A DNA stretch of 64,000 nucleotides, taken from contig NMRA01000489.1 in assembly GCA_002633005.1 (NCBI GenBank), forward strand, positions 178,801 to 242,800. The letters are read 5' to 3'. This stretch comes from Phoronis australis (taxonomy: Eukaryota > Animalia > Phoronida). The position numbers and the translations under genes are program-made. Below are positions 11,907 to 26,239 of this stretch, in pieces (positions within the stretch are counted from its first letter, which is position 1; every line of letters starts with the position of its first letter). The notes beneath the pieces were generated by a model. It saw only the letters and a program-made list of their open reading frames with translations, ran no database searches and had not been told where the DNA came from.

Positions 11907-13715
11907 AACAAACACTGGCATGGTCTGTTGTACAGGTAAATCCGTGCTTAATTCGTGTTGAGAAATGTGAATTCCAGAAAATTGTGATTGTGCCTTTTCG
12001 GAGTGCTTTTTTCTACTGTCTCTGACTTTTGTTTACGTTGCTGTCAGTGCTGCAGTGGTAAAATAAAAGGTAAGTAGGCGCCTAAAGCCCACCGTATCAC
12101 CTTGAGCACTGAACGTAACTTACGGTGCGTAGGTCCAACGTTAAAATGCCAAAAGGAGGTTGGATGCGCCTACGTGCGCCTACGCCCCACTACAGCACTG
12201 GTTGCTGTCCAGTATTCACACCTGTTAAATCGGCCAGATGTGTCAGTGTTCATTGTACATGTATATGCTTCAAACACGCGACTATTAAACATTATTGCAG
12301 AAACGAAATAGTTGCTGTTGCGCCATTTGTATGACAAGGCAAAAATCGTTCGTAGTCCTCCATTTTCTTTTCTTTGTTGTAAAGCTATGCAATGACTGCC
12401 GAGGTTACAGCAACCAGTCAAAGCGCGTTGTGACTGAATGATATACCTGCATGTTTTCTACACGCACGTAACTATCCGAGAGGCGGCCTCCGCAAAGCCT
12501 CATCAGTTCTTACCCCATCCCAAAAGCAACACGGATCGTTGAAATGCGCCCACGAATGCATGGTGTGCTTTTAGGGTTGCTTATTTGTGTCATAAAAATG
12601 GCCACTAGATGGTGCAAAAACATACAATCCGTCCGAAAACGGGAACATGTCATTGCTTCTTTAATAGAAAGCTAAACATCAAATTTCACAGAAATCGGTC
12701 ATAGAACTTCAGAGAAACAAAGGAAAACAGAATAAAACGAAATTGCCACTAGGGGGCATAGTGTTCATTGGATCCACCTGGAAGTCGTCCTTGTCTGCTG
12801 TTAGCTTCATATAAATAAACTTACAAAATTTAATAACGATCCTGTAGTCAGCGCTTAGGAGAGGCAGCTATGGGCGCAAAACAAAACAACACTACCACTA
12901 GGAAGCGCTAGATTAGTCAAAGTCGTCATCATCAACCGTCCTCTTCACACTGAGAACATATACGCCAATTTTCGAATCCATCCTTAGAAAGAATTGGTTT
13001 ATAGAGAGGTAGACGCCAAAAAAACAGACTCGGAAAGAGCAAAAATGGCCACTAGGTGGTGCAAAGTACCTTGATTCCATCCGAAAACGGGAGGATAGCG
13101 TCATCACCAATAGATGCCCGTATTCAAAATTTTATGAAAATCTGTTGAGGACCTTTGAAGAGGTAAACGTAAAACTAAAATTGCCAACAGGGGCATACGA
13201 GTAGTCAGATCCATCCCAAAATCATCGTCGTCTTTTGTCAACATCATATAAACACACTTCTTAAACTTATTAAAGATGCTGCATATGGTTTAGGACATAC
13301 AGCCATGGGCGCTAAAAAGGAAACTCCCACTAGGAGGCGCCACAGTTGTCGAAGTCATTGGAAAATCGCGATCCACTTCATAGTAAAAACATACATGCCA
13401 ATTTTCACAATTATCCTGAAAGCGGTTTGGTTGATAGAGGGGTGGACGCCACAAAACAGGCTCAAAAACAGTAAAAATGGCCACTAGGAGGCAGACTATG
13501 TCGAATCCATCTGAAAAGGGAAAGATACCGTCACCTCACTAACAGAAGCCTGTTCGCCAAACTTTATGAAATTACGTTGAGGACCTTTGAAGATACAGAG
13601 GTAAAAGTAAAAAAATAAAATTGCCACCAGGTGGCACACCAGTTGTCCGATCTGTCCGAAAGTCGTCGTCCATTGTCAACATCATATAAAATGCACTTAC
13701 TAAATTTAGTAAAGA
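11907..13715 (+). repeat. Copy 2 of the 1.77-kb duplication, including the second CTCF-like satellite array
   Basis: Matches 6706-8479; motifs at 12602, 12746, 12895, 13049, 13184, 13327, 13481 and 13624. Confidence 0.9.
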
Positions 13716-13719
13716 TGCT

Positions 13720-14250
13720 CGGCTTCGGCCACGAAGCCCAACACCGTGACAAACAACAAGGTTACTGCGGCCCCGCAGAACCCCCCCCCCCGCTTCGGCC
13801 ACGAAGCCAACAGTGACAACCAACAAGGTTGCTGCGGCCCCGCAGAAACCCTCTGTCCCGACGGGGCAGAATAAAGACAAAACCAAACCCCCTGCGCCCT
13901 CGCAGGCGGGCTCGAAGACCCCGGCTGCGCCCTCGCAGTCGGGCTCCAAGAAAAGGAAACCGAGTCCCCAGGCTCAGGGACTAGAGCCCATTCTAACAGG
14001 GCGATCGATGACTGCCTCGCGGCAGCCACAATCAGAGAAATTGAAGGCGCAAACATAGTCCCCGACCAAGACGGGGACAAAACATCGGAGTGGACACTGG
14101 TCACTCCGAAAAAACGCAGGACGGAGAAAACGGAGTCAAACCTCCCGGGTGGCGACTCCAAAACTCCAGTCGTGGTGACGCCCGCACCCGCGGCCCTCCG
14201 CGGGGACGGCCTAGCCATGCAAAAAGCCTTAGCGGGCTTTAAAGTAAGGA
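13720..14250 (+). mobile_element. Probable non-LTR retrotransposon ORF1 (gag-like) fragment, truncated by the gap
   Basis: Abrupt GC-rich segment encoding a P/A/K/S-rich peptide and, after a frameshift, SEWTLVTPKKRR. The W-x-x-V-x-x-K/R motif is common in LINE ORF1 proteins. A ~68-bp tandem duplication lies at its start. Confidence 0.5.
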
Positions 14251-14682
14251 NNNNNNNNNNNNNNNNNNNNNNNNNNNNNNNNNNNNNNNNNNNNNNNNNN
14301 NNNNNNNNNNNNNNNNNNNNNNNNNNNNNNNNNNNNNNNNNNNNNNNNNNNNNNNNNNNNNNNNNNNNNNNNNNNNNNNNNNNNNNNNNNNNNNNNNNNN
14401 NNNNNNNNNNNNNNNNNNNNNNNNNNNNNNNNNNNNNNNNNNNNNNNNNNNNNNNNNNNNNNNNNNNNNNNNNNNNNNNNNNNNNNNNNNNNNNNNNNNN
14501 NNNNNNNNNNNNNNNNNNNNNNNNNNNNNNNNNNNNNNNNNNNNNNNNNNNNNNNNNNNNNTTTGAAAGTTGAGCCTCCCAGGTTACTTGTCTGTTTGGT
14601 AACTAGCTACTTAATCACTCGCCAACTTACTTGTTTGTTCAACAGTATGCACTTGTTTATCCGATAGAATCTGTACAGTTGT

Positions 14683-16966
14683 CAGTGGCGGATCTACGGT
14701 TTCAGTAAGGGGGGTTAGGATTCCCGCAAAGGTCGAATCCTAGGCGCGTGGCGCTGAGAGGGGGGAGATCGGGAGGGGGAAGTCATTTTTTGTTTTTGCA
14801 GCCAAATAGTGAAATTTCCATGCATCCTGGTAAGTTTCTGGCACTTAACATGTTTCTGGAGTTTTTCTTAAGATAATTAAAAACCCTTCTCGATTTCGTC
14901 ACGTGAATTTGGCTCATAAGTTTCGTGAAACCATATTGTGCACATCTGGGTATCAGTCACGCCACCAGCAAATTTTTTTGTTGGAACATCTGCTTACACA
15001 CACCTTTTTAGCATACGAAAAGTCGTATACAAAAAGTGTGGTGTGTATACAGGGGTTTAGACAACTTCCAAATATTTAAGAGCATAGGGAGCACCGACGG
15101 AGCGTAAAAACTTGAATACATGTGTATCAGATGATCGCGAAACAGCAGCCTCAAGTTGTTTTAGAACGAAGACCTCTACTGTTAGTCCGAAAATAAAAAT
15201 GTGTTCTGTCTCGTTACGAGAAAACTGGAGAACGATGGTGCTCTCAGCTCACAGTCTACTATTAAAAGCGACAATAAATAATTACGTATCACTTTATTAA
15301 GCTGAATCACTTTGACAACAATTGGAAAACGTCAAATGTTTCAGGAAACAAGTCATCTGAAAACAGTTTCACGAACCCAAAACATCGTGTGCACAGTGGT
15401 GAAAAGATATTACTGGACTAGTTTGCAGAGGGACCAGATGTACACTGAGAGTACACAAAAAGGCTGCCCTTGTCCGTCACGAGACCAAGAGTACACCTGT
15501 GCTTATTATCCCTATAAAATGGTCGATCTGTCGCGGGACCAAACAGTGCTGGCTGAGATAAATAGTTTTACAAAGCACACTTTGGTAAAAAAATCACAAG
15601 ACTAGTTCGCCGAGGGACCAGAAGTACACTGAAACTCAACATCTACACAAGTCAAGCTGGCCTGGTCCGTCGCGAGACCTAAAGTGTACTATGCAAAAAA
15701 TTTTGAATTGAAAACTTCTCTCTAGACACTTTTTAATCCCCAGTGGTTACTCATACGTTAGTCCTATCCTTCTGTTGTCTAGACTGCCGAGGAATCTGTA
15801 TATCGGATCCAATGGTTTGCTCGTCTTGAAACCATTCTACCCAGATATCTTCGATGTTTGTTCCCAACGCTTGCACTTCGTCAACTGCTGTGTCAATGAG
15901 CTTGTAAGCCTGTGCAATGTCAGCATCTCGTTTCGCAGCTCAGTTGGCACTAAGGCCCTTGAGGTTGCCAAGTCCATTCAAAAGACATACATGCGCAACT
16001 AAATTTGATCCGTTCATCATGGACTACTTCAAACCTTGACGATGTATCCCAGGACCTATTTGCATCTCTTGCAATTTTCGAAGTAAACGTCCCAATGTCT
16101 GAACACTTGAAACCCGAAGAACTAACATCAAATAAATGCCCATGGCAGTGTGCTTATTGCAAGGTAGAAAGACGGTAGGTGTTGAGGTCGGAACAAGGGT
16201 TCCTTAGGAGGCCTATTGAACATCGCACGAGTCCCGCAGGACTTCGTTGTGAAAGAACAGCCTCCCTGCAATTTCTGGTACTGTACACTGTTCGCGAATG
16301 CGGTCACTTTGTCAATGTGAGTGCCCCTTTGTTCATTTCTTGTATAGACATAACTTGTTAGAGTGTATCTTCAAACGGACTCGCGACTAGACCACGGCGC
16401 CCGCCACAATAGAAATTCTTCGGAAAAAGATTTTTTTTTTTCAAAAATATTACATGTACATGTACACTATATGATATTGCGCAAGACAATTTTACTATAC
16501 ATCATGTAGTGTAATAGAATGACACGGCATGACAGATGAGGTAAAAACGTTGCACGTCAATTCGCCTGAATATCAGGGTTGCGGCACCACAGTATTTCCC
16601 CTAATCAAATGAGAACATATCTTAGAGTAAAGAAGCTAGTTACCTAAAAAAATCAGCTATAGAACTGCTCTTTCAGCGGTGGATCCATCTAAAATATGCT
16701 TGGCTACTTCAGAAGTGTCGACGGAAGCGCACGCACAATTGATCTCCGCGCGTTTTGCCGATGAATCACGAAGACTCAGCAATTCACAATGCAAAAAAAA
16801 TTTCAGAGTGAACCCCCCCCTCAATTTTTTTCAAGTTGGTTTACTTGGGATTTACACACGCTAGCGGTGCCGTTTTTGTTTTGCTGGAGACGTTTTTTTT
16901 TATTTTTGGGTCCTGGCCAAAGGGGGTGGGTTAAACCCCCTGAAACCCCCCGTAGGTCCGCCACTG
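14683..16966. mobile_element. ~2.3-kb non-autonomous TIR DNA transposon
   Basis: TIRs cagtggcggatctacg ... cgtaggtccgccactg; flanks gttgt/gctgt. It splits an acttgtctatttg-like minisatellite present on both sides. No transposase ORF. Confidence 0.7.
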
Positions 16967-17401
16967 GCTGTCTTGTCTATTTGGGAAACTATGTTTCTTG
17001 ACTTTTTTATTTGACAAATCACTTGTCCGCTTAGCAAACTACTTGTCTATTTGTCAAACCACTTGTTCGTTTAGCAGTGTTGTCTATTTTGAACCTTTTC
17101 GCTGCCCATAATTAGACTCATCTCTTGTCATAGTTACTACGCCTACATTGAATTGTGATAACCTTTTCAGACATCCACGGGAATCCTTTCAATTCTCTAA
17201 CAAATGTTTGCCTTCAGATATTTTTAATATATTTATTACATAAACAGAATATTACAATTTACAATTACAGTTAAGGAAAACACGTACACCGACACACGCG
17301 CACACCTACACGCGAACACGGCGCGCGTCGACACCGCAAACCCAAGTTGCCCATCTTATTTCTATCATATGTCACTTTCACACACTTCCCATTTTTCCTG
17401 A

Positions 17402-17553
17402 AAAGATTGTAAACAAAGATTGTAAACAAAGATTGTAAACAAAGAATGTAAACAAAGATTGTAAACAAAGATTGTAAACAAAGATTGTAAACAAAGATTG
17501 TAAACAAAGATTGTAAACAAAGATTGTAAACAAAGATTGTAAACAAAGATTGT
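17402..17553. repeat. 13-bp minisatellite (aaagattgtaaac), ~11.5 copies
   Basis: Nearly perfect tandem array with one variant unit. Confidence 0.95.
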
Positions 17554-17559
17554 TTTTGC

Positions 17560-18400
17560 TAAGTACTTTTGTGTTTTAGAATAGTTAAAGGACACCATAT
17601 TAAACATTACAATTTTCAAATTTTCAGAATTACATTTAACATCAAATAATACACTGCTTCGCTAAAAGCAAAAAAATGAATTCATAAGATCTAAATTTGG
17701 AATGTCTCCAGAGGTCAGTCCAAATACAACATAATTATATAACATACTAAAAGGCAATTCTAGATCATACTTTTTCATGTTCAAAATCATTCCAGAAACT
17801 TCCAACGACATCACATTCCCATAACACATGTGAAAATGTTTCAGGAAGTAACTTGCAAAAACTGAATTGGTCGCTTTCTCATAAATTAATTTTTCTGAGA
17901 AAAGTGTTTAATATAATTCTATTGACAATTCTAAACTGTAACCACCAAAGTTTAGCGTCCTTTGTCACACGATAAGGTAATAGATACACAGACTTCCAAT
18001 TAAACGTTTGAGGCCAATTACATTCTGAAGCCCGCTTAAGCTTTTGTCACTTCGAGTGATATTGTTGGAAATCCCTGTAATATACCTAACCGCTTTCCAA
18101 ATAAAATCTAAAATAGAAGGAAAAACTGGACAGCCAACCTTATCAAGTTCTCCAGTACTGTTTATTTGAAAATTTCTCAATGTCGCTCCTACACAGCTAA
18201 ATTCAACAAAAGTTTTAATGCCCAAACCATTCCTTAAATGATCATAATCAACAATTCAATTACTGTTATCCATATACATGTATCTTATAAACCTTATTTC
18301 TTTGTGGTACCAATGTTAAAAAAATGCCTCCGACCTCCAGCCAAACATTGAGCCAAAGTGGTTGATTTAAGTTACTTCCACAATGAACAGTCTTTCAATT
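17560..18400 (-). mobile_element. Decayed L1/Tx1-type LINE, 3' end of ORF2
   Basis: Minus-strand translation around 17790-17865 gives SFCKLLPETFSHVLWECDVVGSFWND, the C-terminal zinc-knuckle signature (C..ET..H..W.C...FW) of L1/Tx1 ORF2; the surrounding frame is broken. Confidence 0.7.
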
Positions 18401-21400
18401 TTATGAATAAAAGAATCCAGCTTTTAAAATAGTCTACCACTAGTTATTTCAGTGAAATTTGCATGGTTTTGCCGGTAACTTACAAGAACACCGCTATAGG
18501 TTTTTTATGATATCTATTCTTGTTGGGTTGTTGCTACAGACTCGCCCCTTCAGAGAGTCCAAAGGAAAGATTTAGTGACATTTGAGGAGGTGTCCCGGTG
18601 ACATATTCAACCAATATGAGGTTTAATTCCCACCACTCTGTGGAGTGTATGTTGGTATCGTGACACTATAGTCATGTCGACCGTCAGCCTGATTCTATTC
18701 AGCTTAGCGCTGGGATAAATTAATGAGCTCTTTGTGGATTCCACTGGGCGTTAATTGTCAGTGAACTTTCCATCACACGGCAAACTTCTCTAATTTGTCC
18801 CCTGCTGCCGGAATAAATTTCTCTGAGGCTCGCTAAAAGAGGCAGTCTACGGCAACCGACCGCAAGCAGAGACTCTCAAGGCAAGCATGAATAACGCGAC
18901 CAATATATAGTGACTTCTAAACTGACCCATAGATTTATGGTTGTGTGGGTCAATATTGGCCCATAGGTATGCTTTTACAAAGAGACTTCTGCCGAGTCTT
19001 GGACTTTGACCGCAACGCAAGTCGTCGCGAGATGTCGCCATGCATTACTCGTATTTACGTAAGTCCATCGAACACGTTCCTGGCACTTAGGAACCAGTAC
19101 TGGTTCCTAGCTGGCACGTACCAGTCATTTTGGATCATTCAGTTACCGATTGGGAAATGTATATTCGCGCCATGAATAGGAATAGAACAATTATTTTTAC
19201 AACAAGCACTTAGCATATAGCTGTGTTCCTTGATTGTTTTTTGATTTCAAAACAGTTAATGTATTGGCGTGATGTCTCAGAAGGGGTTTGAGAACTAGCA
19301 GGAAATTGCCTTCTGTTGTAGGGAAGAAGGCTAATCAATCTTCTTGTCAAATGTGAGACGATAACGCAAGAACTAGGTTACAACAAATTGAACTCTCACT
19401 TTGAAGACGTATAAATATGGGACGACTTTATAGTTATTTTAAAATTTCTTTGTTAGAAATAAAGTAAGTTGTCACGATTGACAAATTGGAGTAGATCTAA
19501 TATGGAAATTGTGATACCTACCAACACGACTATACTTGCTGATCCGTCAGACGTAACAAACAAACGTGCGCGAACCGGCGGGCTGAAGTTGGAGCTGCTT
19601 GGAGAGGCGCATTAATTGGGGTATTTCGTAAACTCTGGGGCTTCCAGATTTGTAAGTAAGTCAAAAAGGTGCCAATGTGATGAAATACGGAGACACCGAT
19701 TTTTTTCTTGACAGCATGACCATACTTGTGACGGCAACCCGTTTGTCGTAAAATACGTGCAGCGTGCGGCGGCACACAGCTGTGGTCAAGACAGACCCGA
19801 ACATACTTATCATGAGCTTTTATACTAAAGAGAAGTTTGTTGTGTATTTTCTTACATTCCACAGACTCGAAGATCTCCAAGAACGATGCATAAGACGTAC
19901 TTATCTCATGGCGTTAAATATCAAACTGTGACCTTTTCCTTTCCACATAAGCCTATACTGCTAAACATGTATTTGTATGCTAATCTATTGCAAGAACTAA
20001 ACGACAATGCTATTTTACAAAGTGCATTGGATTCACTGACAACTTGTTAATGTGAAAACAAGAAATTCTGCAAATAGGTGACCTCTGCAATAATGACATA
20101 CCTCCCGCATCATGCTGTGTAGTCCCCAGAACCTCGTCTCGATAGTTACTGGACACTGTTCAGTGTCTTTCGGAGGACCATTTTCGCCACAAAACGCGTT
20201 CTAAAAACATTAAACAATTTTCAACCTACTTCATATGCACATTGTCGCTATATGTTTTGTTTTTAACTGAATTGGCCAAACAATCACAGAGATAATGAAT
20301 TAGCCTACAAGTTCCACTGGAGAGATGTGCTTACTGAATATGGAGCCTATTTCATGGAATTGTTAGACAGAAATTTGGTCTGATGCGCTTCCGCTTAACA
20401 ATTGCTGAATAAAGTTTGAAGCCAAGTAATTATGAGCACAGTGCAGAAACGTTTAGAAATTAGAAACTAGCGGTTATGTGTATTATTCCTACTTTCTGGC
20501 TCTTTTCCTGAAATGGGTCCTTTTAATTAGAATTTCCTTGCCATACACTGCATCACTCTCAATACTGAGTTGAAGCAAAAATAATTAAAGATAACCGGCG
20601 ATTCAGAACGCGAGACGAACCGATTTACCTTATTGAAAGGGTCAAATTTTGGAACTTAAGACTAGGTATCCGTCTGAAGTGTCTTGCAATTCGTAAATTC
20701 TTCAAAAGTTCTTCCTGACAACGGAAATTAAGGCCATTTTTAATGATAAGTAGCCATATTTTGAATTTGGTTTTCGTGCAGCTGAACAGGAGGAAAATGC
20801 AATTTGCCAATCATAAATTGAGCCGCACTGCAGACACGTCAAATAACTAAAGACATTTATGATCGACATATGTCCCGAATAAACATAAGTGATACGTGCG
20901 TCGAAAGCTCCTTACAAGACATGAAAAATAGACCGAGTTGGCCGATGTAAAGTGATTTAGTATAACGTAATAAAATTAGAAGGATTATGAAGAAAATACA
21001 AAATAATTAAGTAAAAATAATGATCTTTCGTAAGATGGGCAACAAAAAGCGTCACATCGAAGTATGAGACAATGTCGAAATGAGGATGATAGAGGGTGAC
21101 TTAAAATGAATAAGTTTAAGGCACGTACGTCTATGTGGCTGACGCGAAGAAGTTGGACTGAAACACGTCTAAGTAACAAAGAAAATACCTACGTACACGT
21201 GACAATTCTCATCAATGGCGATATAATGCTATTTTTTATCAATTACTTAGAAAAAGGCCGAACTGCGTACGGGAAACGGTCGAAGGCGTTATTGAAAAGC
21301 AGATTCGCCTTATTCACTTCCGCTTGTTTTGATTTGATCTCCCAAAGCGACACAGGAAACTCATACTTGCATCTCATACTGAGTGATTCGATCAAGATTA

Positions 21401-24400
21401 AAATCTTCCCTTGAAGTAAACAAAAATTCTGGATATGTGCCGACCAGGCCAGGGCCTTATTCTAAGTTTCCACTTCATGTAAGTTTTGAATTACGGGATT
21501 TGACTTATCCTTTATCGATTTAATGAAAACGAAAATTTTTCATTGTACGTAAGCGTTTCAGGCATTGTTACTAGAAGATTTGGGCGTGCAATTTCAACTT
21601 AAACGCGTAGCGGCTCCTGACAGCAATTGAAAGAATACCAAACCTAATTTTGGCCTTAAGTTAACAGAATGATCTTGATAGCAACTTTCCCCTCCAGTTC
21701 TCTGAAACAAAATAATGCTCTTTAACACTCCACAACCATAAAAATGGAGCTAAATTGGTAAACACTTTACAAAGTCTCTTAAACGGGCAAGCGTGAGCTA
21801 CGCTTTAGGCGAGTTTCACAACTATAGGGAAGACTAGCACCCACCAAGAACCGTAATGTCCAGCTTGTGACAGAGGCGATATGACCTTATACTTGAAATC
21901 TACTTTAATCACTTAACATGTATGTGACGTCATGAGTGATGCATTAGGAGGTAGCAGAACGAGGCCTTGACTGAAATCACCAAAACAGGGTTTGAAATAT
22001 TTACATATGACCACAGGCGATGACGTTTAACATTATAAATTCGACAACACGTGGTAAAACAAAATGTACAAAACTGTGTAAAGAATCCACTGTGGTCGAG
22101 CACGGCAGGCTAAAAAATGGGATTGGGGCCGCAGACAATGCATTTTTTCCAACCTATGACAAAAAATGTATTGTTCATGGCTGTAGCGATAATAAATTTG
22201 ACTGAAATGGGAGTCTTTTGGGGCATTTTTGTCACCCATGAACATCGTTTACTGGATTTTTTAGAGAATGAACCGTAAAACCCTGGTAATCTGGCCTATT
22301 GTAATGCAAATATTTTTAAAGGAAATCAATTAAAAATCTCTACGTGTTAAAAAAGAAATGTAATGTAGCCTGTAGACGCTTCGTTCATAAAATAGAAAAC
22401 ACTTCGTAGACATCTATAAAAGCGCAAGCGATTTCAGACCGAAAGGTAGCAATAGTATCCAACACGATAATTGATGCGTTACACTAACTTGCAGGATAAT
22501 CAACTGTGTTCGTTTTATTGCACAACGATCGTTTCGTCCATACAATTAGATGTGTCAAGATTCCTTTGTGGTTGCGGTAAGCCTTCATATTTTATCGATA
22601 GCAGCGGTTTTCAAAATGTCATGCAACTTTACAAATCCTATTGCAGAACTCAAGGTCACTTTCTAAACTGAATTACTACAAAAATATAATTTAACTATTT
22701 AAATCAACAAAAGTGTGTTTTAAGGTTAACATATCTGCAAATGATGAGCACTATAGTTGAACCAGACAAATAGGGTATGGTGTTTATGCATTAAGTTAGT
22801 TTTGACTATCCGCCCTTCGGCCCTCATCGGATTATTGCATGAGGGAATGATTTCATTTCGGACTCTCAGCTCTTCGGATCAAAGGCCCTTCGGACTATCG
22901 AACAGATACCCAACTAATTTTTGCTAATTTTTGTTTGCTAAGTGGCACACTACGGTCTCAAAGAAATGTTTTGAGCCTAGGAACATCGAAATAAGTTAAT
23001 TTTATTCAACATTGCGTCGTCTACGTCATTCCCGTAACTCCAAAATATTACCCACACTTTGCTTGACAGGTGCCGAATGAACTGCTCTCGATACTAACTA
23101 GGTGTTGTATGCACGATTGTCGGACTTATAAAATAGCCTAAATAAAAAGTATATTTTGACTCCAACTAACACGCGTCTCTGAAAGAAGTTGATAATTCTC
23201 AAATTGTACAGCCTTTGCTGCCAGTTTTTCTACTATACTTGTTCTGTAAAACTGTGTTTCGAACTTAACATTTATTTTGTTGCCTTTGCATCGGCGCTAG
23301 TTATTCCAACGGTCTCTGCTATAGACCTAATTGATCACGCCGACAGGAGGCGCGTTCCAAAACGAGGCTCGCTACGATAGCTCTGTTGGCTTATCGGCAC
23401 ACTGGTTGTATTCCGCGCGTTGCTCGGCTAGAAAAAATACTGACACTCAACTGTCTGTTTTACAATACCTAAGGACGTTGAAATTCGGAAGCGTTGGGTA
23501 GTTGCCATACGCGCGACGAAGGAAAATATGTCCGTTCAAAATTTATAAATGTTTTCGAAAAGGCATAGATCATATTTTGTCGCATCTCGGTTGCCAAGCA
23601 TCGACCGGAGCATCTTCAGCCAGCCAGGCTGTGTTTTCATGACTAGGGCCCTCAATCCCTCGATTTTAGGGCTCTATTTCGCTCTCAAAAATATTGAAAA
23701 TCCCCCTAAATTCCCCCCACGAGGCCTAAAAATTCGCCTAGTGATTGAAAAGTTCTCTCCGAAATTCAAATCACTTGTAACAACACAGGTGAAAAAATTC
23801 GAAAGAGCACAAAATGCTACTTGAAACAATGAGAGATTGCAACAGGGCGGGGTTGCTATTGATGATGATCGGGAGGTAGATTTTCCCCTCACTCCGCTCG
23901 GCGAAAAAATTCCCCTCTCAGAAGGCACAGGCACCCTCCCTCGGATGAACGAGGTCCCTGAAGAAACATGACAACTATGCTTGCTCGGTCTAGCTGACTG
24001 AAATTTAGCTCTAAAACGAAGTTATGCTTTGGACGAACAAATTAGGTGTTTTAATTTTAAAATTCAACTTGGTCCAGATTGGTATTTGAAACTTAACCAT
24101 ACCGACGTGAATAATACGCTTATAAGTAAGTCACGCATTTCTAAAGATATGCCAGCATTTTCACCGCTCGTCCTTCTGAGCGGATTTTACCAGGATCAAA
24201 GAGATCGCAGCGCCGGAGTCAGGAACAGTTGTGATGACCGCATTGCCCGATGCTAGCAAGACCCATATTATGTATAATTACCTGACCAGAACTGTATTAA
24301 ACATCTCTGACTGTACATAATGGCGAACTTTCAAAATGCATTAACCACTAATTTTCGTTAAAAATGAACACCATGGCGATATTCAGCTGGAAAAAGAAAC

Positions 24401-26239
24401 CAAGTACAGTTTTCAGTTTTTAAAAATCGATGAATTAATAATCTAAAAACTACAACCATTGGGTGCGATTTAAGATAGACTACCGCGCGTATTATACTCG
24501 GTGGATATACAAACGCTGATCAGAGTTAACAATATCACATGGATTCATTTTTTAAAATTCTTTCAATCTCGTTTCACCAGATTTTTGACCAGGAAACAGT
24601 TGTACTTAACTTGTGCCCACTTTTCATTTTTTATTACTGACAAAGAGTTAGAATAGTTATATAGTTAATGCCACCGAAATTGTTCAGAGATTCCAAATCT
24701 TCCGTTTGGTTATCACTATATTTGCACTTTTGTATATATTTATAATTTGAGTTCTAATACAGATTGAACTTTAATGACACGTGAAATGTTTAGTATACCT
24801 CTAATGTGGAAAGTTAAGGGATGGGCTCACAATGAACTTAACTAATTAAGTTTCGCTGGCCATCAAAATCTACCACTGTTTTGGTACTTCAAGTTTAAAA
24901 GTTATATAAAAAGTTATCAACCCGTTTCCGATAAGAAAAAACCCAAAACAAGTGGGCAGCAGCATTAAAAATTAAATAACGAAAACCAGTATGAAACATA
25001 TAGTTCCTTTGGAAAGTGACCCTTTGTGAAGATAAACACTAGTTAACCTTTTTAGTCATTGTGTAATATTTATAATGTACCAAGTTAAAACTACTCTCCA
25101 GAGTTGCAGACTGTAACTCTGCAAATGTCAAAGAAAACTATACTAACAACAACCATTGTTGAAACAGTAATGCTAGCTATTTCCTTTCCACTTCATTAGC
25201 TCAGATCTACATCAATACAAAGGGCGTGCGGAATAGGCATCGTAAAAGTTGTCTAGGGCTAAGGGAATCTGAGCGGTGACCAGTGTAAGCGAGAAATTCT
25301 CCACATGACACATGACGTAAGAATTATTAAAACCAAGAAAGCATAATTAATGGTCAAATAATTACTTGCAAATGTGTGTAAGAGAGTGAATGAGAACTTG
25401 GATATAATGCGAAAGCGATTTCTGGGGTTGTGCTCGTTTTTATTTTTTTTCAAACTTTAAAAACTGGTCCAATAATTTTTATTTTCAATTACGAACCCGC
25501 TTTTTATTTTAATAAAAATATATGTTTAATAACACCAGTCATTCTTTCAGATCAAAAACAAATCAGCTGTTAGTCCCGGTAGTCCCTACCTCACTATATA
25601 TCTTGATCCACAAATTAAACCAGATGTGACTCTACTGCACATTACAGCAAAATGCGATGCGCCACCTCTGTCGAATATATTTTCAACTCGTCAAAAATAC
25701 AAGCAGATGACCTGGTTAGCGTAGAAAGCATTTTTATCAACAATTTACAAGAAGAAACGTAGCCCTGCTTTCAGCATAATGACCTAATCTGTAACACTAC
25801 GATCGCCGCAGTTTGGTCATATTTACTTTTCATGTTTCGAACCTAGTTTTCCAACAAAAATTATACCTTTCGTCAGACAACTCTTGGTGCATTGACTTGT
25901 TCTCCAATGTATTTTTCTACGTCTCTGTGGTTAATTATCGACACATCTTTAAGATTTAATTTCCAGATTGGACTCGAAAGACAGGCCATTTAACTCACCC
26001 CAACTTCCACATTGTTTATCGTAGTGAGCCTCGCTTTGGATTTTAATGTCCGCCGCGTGAATTAGGTCTACGAGTATCTATGGTTACTGATTCTACTTAG
26101 GCAGTTCTCTGCCAATCATGTTGTTTTAAAAAATAACATATATAACACCATGTCTTAGTTGTTAAGCATGATTTACATTTTTATTTCAAGGAATAGGAAA
26201 AGGAGTTGGATTAAAAAGATTGCACTGAAGTTCAGGGCG

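Noticed and set aside
17271-17619. Repetitive hydrophobic ORFs (FTIFVYNLCLQSL)n
   Set aside because: Translation of a stop-free 13-bp minisatellite.
18500-26100. Short ORFs in the long interval upstream of the GPCR
   Set aside because: All are about 60-116 aa, many with non-ATG starts, with no recognisable motifs or exon chains; treated as intergenic or UTR-intron DNA.
26159-26239. Longer GPCR N-terminus given by the ORF track
   Set aside because: It starts at a non-ATG codon and crosses a likely splice acceptor at 26190; ATG 26240 gives a typical glycosylated N-terminus.
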